From: an uncultured beta proteobacterium | GTDB lineage: Bacteria; Pseudomonadota; Gammaproteobacteria; Burkholderiales; SG8-41 | Reading direction: 5' to 3' | NCBI GenBank assembly: GCA_963828715.1 | Contig: CAWHFX010000002.1 | Span: 617,847 to 681,846, forward strand | Length of the DNA: 64,000 nucleotides | Shown here: piece after piece, positions 43,259 to 51,654 of the stretch | How the letters are laid out: each line of letters opens with the position of its first letter | How positions within the stretch are numbered: position 1 is the first letter of the stretch | Position numbers and translations under genes: made by a program | The notes under the pieces: model-generated | What the model saw: only the letters and a program-made list of their open reading frames with translations | Database searches by the model: none | Told to the model about the DNA's origin: nothing

Positions 43259-43902
43259 TCGACGCGGGAGAACGTCATGAGCGAGACACGATGCTCCGGC
43301 GCCGCTGCGGACGCCGGGCGCCTGAGGTGCGTCAGCTCGAAGCCTTCCCGCGCGAATTCGTACTCCCAGAAGCGCGGGTAGGCGTGGCCCGCTTCGGTGA
43401 TCACGAGTACGGCGTGGCGCTTCGCGATACGGCAGACATGGTGAATCAGCGGGAACGCCGGATGTACGAGCTCGAACGTGGCGCCGCGCGTATAGACCAG
43501 ATCCACCGGTTCACGGGCAGCGCCGAGGAAATCCTCGAACGAAGCGCGCGTCAGCATCGCGTTTGCGTGCATGTCCGGATAACGGGCAGCCATGTCTCGC
43601 AACGCGCTCTCGCTCCAGTCGACGCCGTGCAGGTTGCGATAACCCTGTCCATGCAGATAGGCGAGATGCCGCCCGACGTTACAACCGAGATCAAGGATCG
43701 CCGCGTTGCGTTCGGGCGCGAGCGCCATGATCTCGTCCATCTGCACCTGGCTCGCTGGATCGATACCTTCGAACGCAGCGGCCGTGGGATGCTTCTCCCA
43801 ATGTTCGCGCGTGCCCGCGCCGCCCTGGCGCCGCACGAGAAACGGCAGGAACGTGCAGGCGAAGCGCCGCGCAAGACGCTGGCGAGAGACTGGCGTCGTC
43901 AC
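43255..43902 (-). CDS. class I SAM-dependent methyltransferase
   Basis: Motif I ILDLGCNVGRHL, then GVDWSESAL. Confidence 0.7.
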   Translation of the reverse strand: MTTPVSRQRLARRFACTFLPFLVRRQGGAGTREHWEKHPTAAAFEGIDPASQVQMDEIMALAPERNAAILDLGCNVGRHLAYLHGQGYRNLHGVDWSESALRDMAARYPDMHANAMLTRASFEDFLGAAREPVDLVYTRGATFELVHPAFPLIHHVCRIAKRHAVLVITEAGHAYPRFWEYEFAREGFELTHLRRPASAAAPEHRVSLMTFSRVE

Positions 43903-43942
43903 GTTCTACTTCTCGCGCGTGCGTGCGCGCTGGATTTTCCGC

Positions 43943-44437
43943 TCATGAGTAAGTCAATGTGAAGAGCACGATCGACGCGAACAGATAGCTCAGCGGATTG
44001 TCCCTGAAGCGTTCCTCGAAATCCAATTTGTAGCCGCGGTACTTGTCCGAGGATTCCATGAACTGTGGCGGCATAGGGTGACGGTGCGTAAACGCAATGC
44101 GCTGCAGCGCGAGGCCATAGGCCGAGCGGAGATGCGCCGGATACGTCATGGGATTGATGCGGCGTTTCGGCAGCACGTCGCGCTCGGGGGCGTCGTCAGT
44201 GATGTATGGAATGATCTGCTCGCGCCAGAATTCGACGGTATAGCGGTTGAAGGTCGCGAGCGAGATCAGGTTTTCGCCCGAGCCGCAGCCGAAGTCGAAA
44301 ATCCGCAAGCGCTCTCCCGGCGGGAGCAATGCGTTGAACGTGTTGAACCGGTTGCGCTGATATCCCGCCGCGTAGTTCGTCTGATGCAGGTTCATGTAGC
44401 GATCAACGATGCTGCGGTAGTACTCGGTGCGGTGCAT
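43943..44437 (-). CDS. hypothetical 164 aa protein with a methyltransferase-like motif I only
   Basis: Coding part of ORF 43943..45061, starting at MHRTEYY. It has IFDFGCGSGENL but lacks later MTase motifs, and ends in a hydrophobic tail LFASIVLFTLTYS. Confidence 0.45.
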   Translation of the reverse strand: MHRTEYYRSIVDRYMNLHQTNYAAGYQRNRFNTFNALLPPGERLRIFDFGCGSGENLISLATFNRYTVEFWREQIIPYITDDAPERDVLPKRRINPMTYPAHLRSAYGLALQRIAFTHRHPMPPQFMESSDKYRGYKLDFEERFRDNPLSYLFASIVLFTLTYS

Positions 44438-44457
44438 AGCCCAGAGTCTCTCGTCGG

Positions 44458-46284
44458 TCAGAGCGGAACGGTGACTCGCGATGGTGTGACTGCCTCCACC
44501 CCTCGCGCACAGATCGGCTCGCCCCGTGCAGCCGCCGCAATCACGGCGGCTGCTTCGTCTTCCGTCTGTATGGTGATGTTCCTGTACTGTCGCGCGGACG
44601 GCCAGTTGGCGCGCCTGAGCGGATCGAGGTAGAAGGCCGGACGCCCGATCGCATGCGCCGCCAGCACGGGCGAGGTGTAAGGGACGCCGAGCGCGACGTC
44701 GCATGCCGCAATGGGCAGATAGGGATCGACGTTCACGTCGATTACGATGATGCGTCCCGCCCGCGCGTGTTCTCCTGAAGGATCGACGAGCTTCTGCAGC
44801 AACTCGGGCGCCGAACGGTAGGCATGACGCATGTCGCGCTTGAGCTTGAGCAGCGCGAAGCAGTCCGGAACGCGCAACAGGAGGCGTTCGATCGCGTGCC
44901 AGAAGGCTACATAGGAGTCGATGTCGATCATGGGCGGGCCACCGCCGAACGTATCGCGCCAGAGATCGTTCATGGGGGGCATGTCGAAGATTGCGACGCA
45001 CGTTCCTGCGGCCGGCAATCCCAGGCGGGATCGTGCCTCGCGCGAATCGAGGTCGAGCCATCTTGCGTCACCACACATGAGCGGGCCGACGGTCCGCACC
45101 TCACAGCGGGCTTCGCCGTCTTCGACCTGTCTCGCAGCGAGCCAGGCCGCATACGCCTCGTTCCACACCCAGAACTCGCGCGCGACGATCACGGAGCGGG
45201 GTACCCCCAGGTCGCGGAAGCTCGCGCTTTCAAGCGCGAAAGTCGGCGAGTTTGCGCTGTACGCCCATATGATCGTCCGGATGCCGCGCGCGCGGGCGAC
45301 CGCGACCTCCGGCTTCTCCGGCCACGAGTGGCTCGTGGACGTAACGTAAACGGCCGCGTGCAACACGTTGAATGCGGCTTCCCAGTAGCGGGCACGTGGA
45401 ATGAGGCGCGCAAGCAAAGGCCCAACCGCCGGAGCACGGAATGCAGCCGCCAGGAAACCGCGCAGCATCGCGGCTGCGACGCGCACGCGTTCGCTGCGAT
45501 CGAGAAGACCGAACGTGTGCTGCGGTTCGACGAGCTGAATGCCGTTGCGCGTGTAATGCGCGCGCTGCGCCGCTGTCGCCCGCGTCGGCGGGAAGAAGAT
45601 CGCATCGCGCGGCGACACGTGGCCGAAGCGCGCGGCCCAGGCGAAATCGAGACGCCCGTCGCGGTCGGCGATCTCCTGAGGGCTGATGCCCAGCCAGACG
45701 AGGCGGCCGCCGATCAACATTCGCGGTGGACTGAACAGGTCGCGCGCGGCGTAACCCAGCTCCCGCGCGAGATGGGCGAGGGAGATGCACCAGTGGTAAA
45801 GCGCTTCGAGGAAGCGGTTCACTGCCGAGTGTTGGATGCGAATGCCCGAGAACATCCGGTCGAGCTCTTCGGGCGTGAACGCGCGTGCGATCCACGGCTC
45901 CACCACACTCGCTGCTGGCGCGTCCGTACGCTGCGATTTCGCGAGCATGGCGGAGAACAGAAACAGGCTCTCGAATTCAGCGCCGAGGAGTTGCCAGACG
46001 TTGCGCGAGAAATCGACGTCGCGATGGCCGATCCGTGCGACGACGCGATGGCGGGACGAAAGAGAAGGAAACGCCTCGCGGCTCCATGCGTCGAACGCGG
46101 CATCGTGCGCGAGCAGCCATTCGTCGCGTGTGAATATGCGGTACGGCCGAACACGTTCGAAGCGGCGCGCAAGCCACGGCGGCAACGCGATGCGCCATGC
46201 GGCCACCGGCCGGCGCAGGCTCAACCACAACGCGTAGAGAAAGTTGGCGGGCGAGATGCGAACGAAGTAGTACGGCTCCGCCAT
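44458..46284 (-). CDS. large uncharacterised polysaccharide-biosynthesis protein (possibly the 'PFTS-motif' family)
   Basis: ORF 44458..46335. The ATG at 46284 (MAEPYYFVRIS) removes the overlap with the upstream gene. GVPYTSPVLAAHAIGRP near the C-terminus resembles the PFTS motif (from memory, unverified). Confidence 0.45.
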   Translation of the reverse strand: MAEPYYFVRISPANFLYALWLSLRRPVAAWRIALPPWLARRFERVRPYRIFTRDEWLLAHDAAFDAWSREAFPSLSSRHRVVARIGHRDVDFSRNVWQLLGAEFESLFLFSAMLAKSQRTDAPAASVVEPWIARAFTPEELDRMFSGIRIQHSAVNRFLEALYHWCISLAHLARELGYAARDLFSPPRMLIGGRLVWLGISPQEIADRDGRLDFAWAARFGHVSPRDAIFFPPTRATAAQRAHYTRNGIQLVEPQHTFGLLDRSERVRVAAAMLRGFLAAAFRAPAVGPLLARLIPRARYWEAAFNVLHAAVYVTSTSHSWPEKPEVAVARARGIRTIIWAYSANSPTFALESASFRDLGVPRSVIVAREFWVWNEAYAAWLAARQVEDGEARCEVRTVGPLMCGDARWLDLDSREARSRLGLPAAGTCVAIFDMPPMNDLWRDTFGGGPPMIDIDSYVAFWHAIERLLLRVPDCFALLKLKRDMRHAYRSAPELLQKLVDPSGEHARAGRIIVIDVNVDPYLPIAACDVALGVPYTSPVLAAHAIGRPAFYLDPLRRANWPSARQYRNITIQTEDEAAAVIAAAARGEPICARGVEAVTPSRVTVPL

Positions 46285-46288
46285 GCGG

Positions 46289-47551
46289 CTAGAGAAAGTT
46301 ATAGCCGCCGCCTTCCATGATGTGCGGATCGGCAAGCGTATTCTTCGAGTTCATGATGAAGCCGCCGCCACCTTTGAACGGCAGGCGCACGGCATCGACG
46401 CCGGGATCGCCCTTGTGGTTGCCGATGTGATCCTTCGGAGCCCATTTGCGCGTCGTGGGATCACGGCCCCAGATACGTTCGTCCCGTAACGGCTCGACCA
46501 GTGCCTCGAACTGATCCTCGGTGATCTTCAGAAAGTCGAGCAGCAGGTCGAGATCGCGTGGACGCCGCGGATCATGCTTTACGACGAGATCGATGGCTTC
46601 TTCGCGCGTGAGCCGGCCGTGGCGGATCTCGGTGCTGGCATCGTCTGTCGCGCGGCCGTATCCGAATTTGAGGTATTTGAGATAGTCGTGAACGCCGTTG
46701 GCGTGCACGTCGTCGAGCTTGTCGTAGATGTTGAAGGTCCGATCACGCTCGCGCGCGGTCTCGAAGTCGTATTCGCGGATCATCTGCTCGCACTGCGCCT
46801 TCGCGTTCCAGGAGATGTAGTTGCTGAGATAGATCCCGCGTAAGCCCACCTCTTCGATCTCTTCGTCGCTCGGGTAGAAGAAAGGCGCCAGATCGCGCAG
46901 CTCGAACGGCGAATCGGGCTGGTTCAGCAGATCCTCCGGCTCGAAGCCGCGCATGTCGTGTTCCTGCCTCTTCTTCTTGGTGAACTCGACCATGTCGTCC
47001 TGATTGAACATGCCGGTGAGCTCGGAAAATCCTTCCTCGCCCCAGATCATGAGTGGAATTTTGAATTTCACGGCGATCTGGATCGGGAACGTCATGATGC
47101 CGGCGTGATAGTGCCAGGTGACGTCGCCGATCTTTTCCAGCATGTAGCGCGAGATCCGGCGTGCCGAGTCCGGATTCGTCGAGAAGCGGATCAGGTCGCA
47201 ACTGAACTTGCGGAACATGTTTTCGAGGTTCCGCAGGCCGACCTTCGTGTTGTACAGGTGGTTGTAGGTGACGAACAGCGGGTTCATGCCGTACTTCACC
47301 TTCATGAGGTACGCCTGGTAATGGCTGTCCTTGCCGCCGCTCACCGGAATGATGCAGTCGTATGGATTGCGCGCGGCCTTCGCTTTGCTCTTGTATTCAT
47401 CGAGAAGCTCGACGAGCCAGCGTTCGCGCTCGGCCCAGTCGATCGAGGGCCTGCTCTCGACCACGCGGCACCCGCTGCAGACGCCCTGTTCGTCGAAGAT
47501 GATGCTGGGCTGCGCGTTTTCGGGATAGCAGCATCGCTGGCAATATCTCAA
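46289..47551 (-). CDS. N-acetyl sugar amidotransferase (PP-loop ATPase; WbuX/PseA/LfnA type)
   Basis: MRYCQRCCYPENA...CSGC zinc ribbon, PP-loop IPVSGGKDS and FKIPLMIWGEEG. Confidence 0.85.
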   Translation of the reverse strand: MRYCQRCCYPENAQPSIIFDEQGVCSGCRVVESRPSIDWAERERWLVELLDEYKSKAKAARNPYDCIIPVSGGKDSHYQAYLMKVKYGMNPLFVTYNHLYNTKVGLRNLENMFRKFSCDLIRFSTNPDSARRISRYMLEKIGDVTWHYHAGIMTFPIQIAVKFKIPLMIWGEEGFSELTGMFNQDDMVEFTKKKRQEHDMRGFEPEDLLNQPDSPFELRDLAPFFYPSDEEIEEVGLRGIYLSNYISWNAKAQCEQMIREYDFETARERDRTFNIYDKLDDVHANGVHDYLKYLKFGYGRATDDASTEIRHGRLTREEAIDLVVKHDPRRPRDLDLLLDFLKITEDQFEALVEPLRDERIWGRDPTTRKWAPKDHIGNHKGDPGVDAVRLPFKGGGGFIMNSKNTLADPHIMEGGGYNFL

Positions 47552-47587
47552 TTCAAGCTCCTGTCTTCGCCGGCTTCAACGCAATAA

Positions 47588-48397
47588 TCAATAGTGTTTG
47601 TAGCGCGGCCGGCGCGGGATCGAGACACGATAGAAGAAGGTGTCTCTGACATCCACGCCCGCGTTGCGCAGATACTCTTTCGCTTTTTTCGTGCTGTGCT
47701 CGGTGAAGTGAAAGATGTTGCCCGCCGACACCGCGTCCGCGCCCCCTTCGGTGACGCCCGCAACCATATGCGACCAATGACCGACGCCGCCGAATGCAAT
47801 CACCGGCACGCTTACGGCCGCCGAGACGCTCTTCATGAGCGGGAGATCGTATCCTTTACGCATGCCGTCGTGATCGATCGAGGTCAGCAGGATCTCTCCG
47901 GCGCCTGCATCCACGGCGCGCTTTGCCCATTCGACCGCGGTGACGCCGGTCGACTCTTGTCCACGATCGATCCATACGATCGGCGCGCCATCGGCATCGC
48001 GCTTCACATCGATCGAAACGACGACGCATTGCGAGCCGAACACCTTCGCCGCTTCCGTAACGAAGGCGGGATTGCGGAACGCATGCGTGTTCACCGTGAT
48101 CTTGTCGGCGCCGTGCTCGAGCAGCGTTTCGATCTCGGGGATCGACGTGATCCAGCCGCCCACGGCGAGCGGCACGAAACAGCGTTCGGAAAGCTCGTCT
48201 ACGATATCCAGGAACTCTTCGCGGCCGGTGTGCTCGCGCGAGACGTCGAGGATCAGGATCTCGTCGACCGCCCACCCGTTGAAGAAATCGACGGCGGTAA
48301 TGACGTTGCCGATGACGTTCGTGTGCCTGAACTGCACACTCTGGACGATGCGGCCGTCACGTACGAGCAGCGACGGGATCAGGCGTTTTTTCAGCAT
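47588..48397 (-). CDS. HisF-like cyclase subunit of the acetamidino-modification system (AglZ/HisF2/WbuZ type)
   Basis: ORF 47588..48418, preferred ATG at 48397 (MLKKRLIPSLLVRDGRIVQSV). DEILILDV, GAGEILLTSIDHDGMRKGYD and IAFGGVG. Confidence 0.85.
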   Translation of the reverse strand: MLKKRLIPSLLVRDGRIVQSVQFRHTNVIGNVITAVDFFNGWAVDEILILDVSREHTGREEFLDIVDELSERCFVPLAVGGWITSIPEIETLLEHGADKITVNTHAFRNPAFVTEAAKVFGSQCVVVSIDVKRDADGAPIVWIDRGQESTGVTAVEWAKRAVDAGAGEILLTSIDHDGMRKGYDLPLMKSVSAAVSVPVIAFGGVGHWSHMVAGVTEGGADAVSAGNIFHFTEHSTKKAKEYLRNAGVDVRDTFFYRVSIPRRPRYKHY

Positions 48398-49025
48398 GCG
48401 CGCGGGCGTAATCGGCAAAATTCTTGAGGATCGCGAGACCGGCGCCCTGACTTTTCTCCGGGTGGAACTGCACGCCGAAAATATGTCCGCGCTGAACGGC
48501 GGCTACAACGGGCATGCCATGCTCGGTCGTCGCGACGACACACGGGGCGGATGTAGTGGCAGGCGAGAAATGGTAGCCGTGCAGGAAATAGACGGCGGTG
48601 CCCGGGGTCACGTCGCGAACGAGCGGCGACGCCGCGTCCACGATCTCGAGCTCGTTCCAGCCCATGTGCGGCACCTTGAGGCTCGCGTCGCCGGGTGTGA
48701 GGCGCTCGACGTCGCCCGCAATCCAGTCGAAGCCGGCATGCTCGCCGTGCTCGAAGCTGCGGGTTGCGAGGAACTGCATGCCGAGACAGACGCCGAGGTA
48801 AGGCGTCCGCCGCTCGACGACCTGCTCGCGCAAGGCATCCACGAGTCCGCGCCGCTCGAGTGCGCGCATGCCGTCCCCGAACGCGCCGACGCCGGGCAGG
48901 ATGATCGCGGTCGCGCGCGAGACCACCGCCGGATCGCCCGACACTTCGTGCGCGATTCCGAGCGCCTTGAGCGCGTTCGACATGGATTTGAGATTGCCCA
49001 TGTCGTAATCGATGACGACGAACAT
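48357..49025 (-). CDS. HisH-like glutamine amidotransferase subunit (WbuY type)
   Basis: In ORF 48357..49136, ATG at 49025 (MFVVIDYDMGNL). IILPGVGAFG, GVCLGMQ (nucleophile Cys) and GVQFHPEKS. Confidence 0.85.
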   Translation of the reverse strand: MFVVIDYDMGNLKSMSNALKALGIAHEVSGDPAVVSRATAIILPGVGAFGDGMRALERRGLVDALREQVVERRTPYLGVCLGMQFLATRSFEHGEHAGFDWIAGDVERLTPGDASLKVPHMGWNELEIVDAASPLVRDVTPGTAVYFLHGYHFSPATTSAPCVVATTEHGMPVVAAVQRGHIFGVQFHPEKSQGAGLAILKNFADYARAHAEKTPDPVAART

Positions 49026-49045
49026 TGGCCGCGTCCAGGGCCGCC

Positions 49046-49306
49046 CTATGCGGCCGCGTGCTCCACGAGATACGCGGCCAGATTGTCCACCTTGAGGAGT
49101 CCGCGTGCGTCGATTTCCTCGTCGGCTATTTTGCATCCGAACCGTTCTTCGACCAGCAGCACGAACTTGATGACGTCGAGCGAATCGAGGCCGAGGTCCT
49201 GCGTGAGATGCTTGTCACGGATGCTCGAAGCCGACGCGGACTTCAGCTTGTCGTCCACTTCGTGCAGGAGCTGCGCGATTTTTTCGTACGTTGCGGCGGA
49301 ATCCAC
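49046..49306 (-). CDS. acyl carrier protein
   Basis: DLGLDSLDVIKF phosphopantetheine attachment motif. The start is uncertain: GTG at 49306 or GTG at 49354. Confidence 0.8.
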   Translation of the reverse strand: MDSAATYEKIAQLLHEVDDKLKSASASSIRDKHLTQDLGLDSLDVIKFVLLVEERFGCKIADEEIDARGLLKVDNLAAYLVEHAAA

Positions 49307-49317
49307 GGAGACATGTC

Positions 49318-50271
49318 TCAGGTTGCACAGAGTTCGAGAACGTTCGTCGCCCACGACAGCCCGACGCCGAACCCGGAAATCAGTATCCGGCGAGGGCGCT
49401 CATCCAGCAGCGGCTCGAGCGCAATCGGGATCGTGGAGCCGACGGTATTGCCGCCGTCGGCCACGTCGATCACGACTTTGCCCGGGGGCAGCTTCATGCG
49501 GTCGCGCAGCGACTCCAGCATGAAGCGATTCGCCTGGTGGAACACGAAGCGGTCGATGTCATCCAGTTTGAGCCCGTTCAACGCGAGACACTGCTCGACG
49601 TGTCGCGGGACCCTGGACATCGCGAACGAATAAATCGCGCGTCCGTCCATGAACAGCTTGCTGTGCTCGGACGGCGCGCGCGAGCCGCCGGATTTTACTA
49701 TAAGCGCTCCGGCGCCGCCGCCGTCGGTCCCGAAGACGGCTTTACCGGGGCGATACAGCGGCTGCTCGGTGAGGAGTGTCGCCGCCGCCGCGTCGCTGAA
49801 GAGCGGCGCGGTCGCGCGGTCGGTCTCGTCCATCACCTTGCTGTAGCAATCGGCCGTGATGAGCAGGGCCCGCGTGTGGCCGTCTTGCCCCAGGAACGGC
49901 GCGACGGCGGACAGCCCGTATACGTAGCCCGAGCAGCCGAGGCTCATGTCGAAGCTCGCGACCGAAGCCGGGAGGCCGAGCCTCTTCTGGACCAGCGCCG
50001 CCGTGTGCGGAAGCTGGTAATCGGGCGTTTGCGACACCACCACGAGCGCACCGATTTCCTGCGCCGGTACACCCGTCTTCTCCAGCAGCGCACAGGCCGC
50101 TTCCGTAGCGAGGTCGGAGGTGGCCTGATCGTCCGCCGCGACATAACGCGTCGCGATGCCGAGTTTTTCGCGCACGAAGGACGCGTCGAAGCCGCGCTGC
50201 ACGCCGTCGGCCACGTTGTCGATGCGCCTGCGCCCGTAGGCGTGCGCGATGGCCGAGATTCCAATTGTCAC
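49318..50271 (-). CDS. 3-oxoacyl-ACP synthase III (FabH-like KASIII)
   Basis: C-terminal third of the artefactual 778 aa ORF. The GTG at 50271 overlaps the upstream stop (GTGA). Catalytic triad contexts are SLGCSGYVYG, FHQAN and GNTVGSTIP. Confidence 0.85.
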   Translation of the reverse strand: MTIGISAIAHAYGRRRIDNVADGVQRGFDASFVREKLGIATRYVAADDQATSDLATEAACALLEKTGVPAQEIGALVVVSQTPDYQLPHTAALVQKRLGLPASVASFDMSLGCSGYVYGLSAVAPFLGQDGHTRALLITADCYSKVMDETDRATAPLFSDAAAATLLTEQPLYRPGKAVFGTDGGGAGALIVKSGGSRAPSEHSKLFMDGRAIYSFAMSRVPRHVEQCLALNGLKLDDIDRFVFHQANRFMLESLRDRMKLPPGKVVIDVADGGNTVGSTIPIALEPLLDERPRRILISGFGVGLSWATNVLELCAT

Positions 50272-50922
50272 GCGTGCTCCTTCACGGCCGGCGCGATCTC
50301 GAAGCAGACCATGAGCGAGGTTGGGGCGCCAGCGAGCGCCGTATACGTTAGTCGGTTGATCGTGAGAACGCCGTTGCCCGTCTTGCGCGTGATGAGATTC
50401 TTCGCTTCCAGCGTGCCGCTGAATGCCGTGTCCGCCGGCGGGACCGCCCAATTCTCCAGGTATCCAAAGCGTACGACCGCAGGTTCGCTTCCGCCCACGG
50501 TGAGCTCGTGGAAGCGCTTGTTTGCCTCGATCGTCGCGCGCACCAGATCCTTGCGGTTCGCCGGTGCGATCCGGCACATTCCGCCGAACGCCTTCGCGCG
50601 CGACATCCGAAACCGCATAGCTTACGTGTTCACGCCGACGTACTGGGGCGCCGTCCTCCGCAAAGAATCCATGACAGAGCGCACCGTCCACCGTCGCGAC
50701 GAATGTGGCATTCGCGGCATCGAGCTCACGGTCGGCGCGCGCTTCGTGTCCCAGCACGAGTCGCCCGTTCGATGTCGCGGTCCGCTGCAGCTTGAGACGT
50801 TTGACCATGACAGCCGCGCCCGGAAGTCGCTCTGCCGCGTCCAGGAACGCATCGAGTATCGACGTTCCGTGAATGTAATCGCGCGTGCCGAGAAATGGAA
50901 AATCGGTGCGGACTTCGATCAT
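50268..50922 (-). pseudogene. unknown-function gene 'X' (~217 aa) with its reading frame broken once (one extra base near 50576-50620)
   Basis: The start MIEVRTDFPFLGTRDYIHGTSILDAF... (ATG 50922, 4-nt overlap with the GNAT stop) is in one frame. The end ...CRIAPANRKDLVRATIEANKRFHELTVGG...CFEIAPAVKEHA (ORF 50268..50618, stop overlapping the KASIII GTG) is in another. Both ends are translationally coupled to their neighbours. Confidence 0.55.
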
Positions 50923-51654
50923 GCGAGCCGCAGGCGCGAGTAATGATCGTCTATGGTTGTCGCAAGCACTTTCTGCAACTTCTGTTCGAGGCTTTCCCCG
51001 GGCAGGTCCCGGATGAGCGCCATGATCCGGTCCTGCCCCGGCCAGAGACGTCCGCCGCGCACGCACTTCAACGCGAGATAGTCTTCGAGCAGGCAGCCGG
51101 AAACCATCAGATCGTGAGGTCCGATGGCCTTTGCGGAAGGCTTTGCGCATGATGCCTTCCATTTTGTAGCCGAACAGGATCTGCCAGCGCTGCCAGTCCT
51201 TGAGCGCCGTCGACTGGTACGAATTGATGCGCTCGAGGCCGACCGTGTCGAATGCGTGCTCGGTCATGAGGCATTTCGCTTCCATGCCGTAGAAGCTGCT
51301 CTTGAATGTCTCCGAGCGCTTCGCGACGATCATCGCGAAATCGGCCTGCCGCGTCACATGAGAAATCCTGGACAGAGAACAGATGCCGACCACACGATCT
51401 TCGTTCTTCGGCTTGATCATGAGCGCGATGCGGGACTGTGTGCTGCGCAATTCGGCGAGGAACGCCTCCTGCTGCACGGCAGAGGTCGGGTACATGCCCT
51501 GTTCCATGTTGCGCGTGAGCGTCTGGTCGTTGAGCCACGTGTGCCACCGATCGACATGGATCGCGCGCTCGTTGGGCAGCACGAGGTCGACGAGCTCGCC
51601 CGCGAGAAACATGTCGTAATGCGGAGCGCTCGAAGGTGCGGTTGCTTCGGTCAT
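50919..51654 (-). pseudogene. GNAT (RimJ/RimL-type) N-acyltransferase with its reading frame broken once (one extra base near 51117-51135)
   Basis: The N-terminal ~176 aa (…GMEAKCLMTEHAFDTVGLERINSYQST...GYKMEGIMRKAFRKG) are in the 51654 frame. The expected continuation PHDLMVSGCLLEDYLAL...SRLRLA is in ORF 50919..51107. Confidence 0.65.

Noticed and set aside
41375-46320. Plus-strand ORFs 41375..42991 (538 aa) and 44824..46320 (498 aa)
   Set aside because: They are antisense to the ABC exporter (clear Walker/signature motifs) and to the large polysaccharide protein. Their composition is typical of shadow frames.
49318-51654. 778 aa ORF that looks like a giant GNAT-unknown-KASIII fusion protein
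   Set aside because: Arg/Gly/Pro-rich low-complexity linkers separate the recognisable segments. The true continuations of the GNAT and gene X are in another frame (ORFs 50919..51107 and 50268..50618), each ending in 4-nt overlaps with the next start codon. The long ORF is off-frame read-through in high-G+C DNA.
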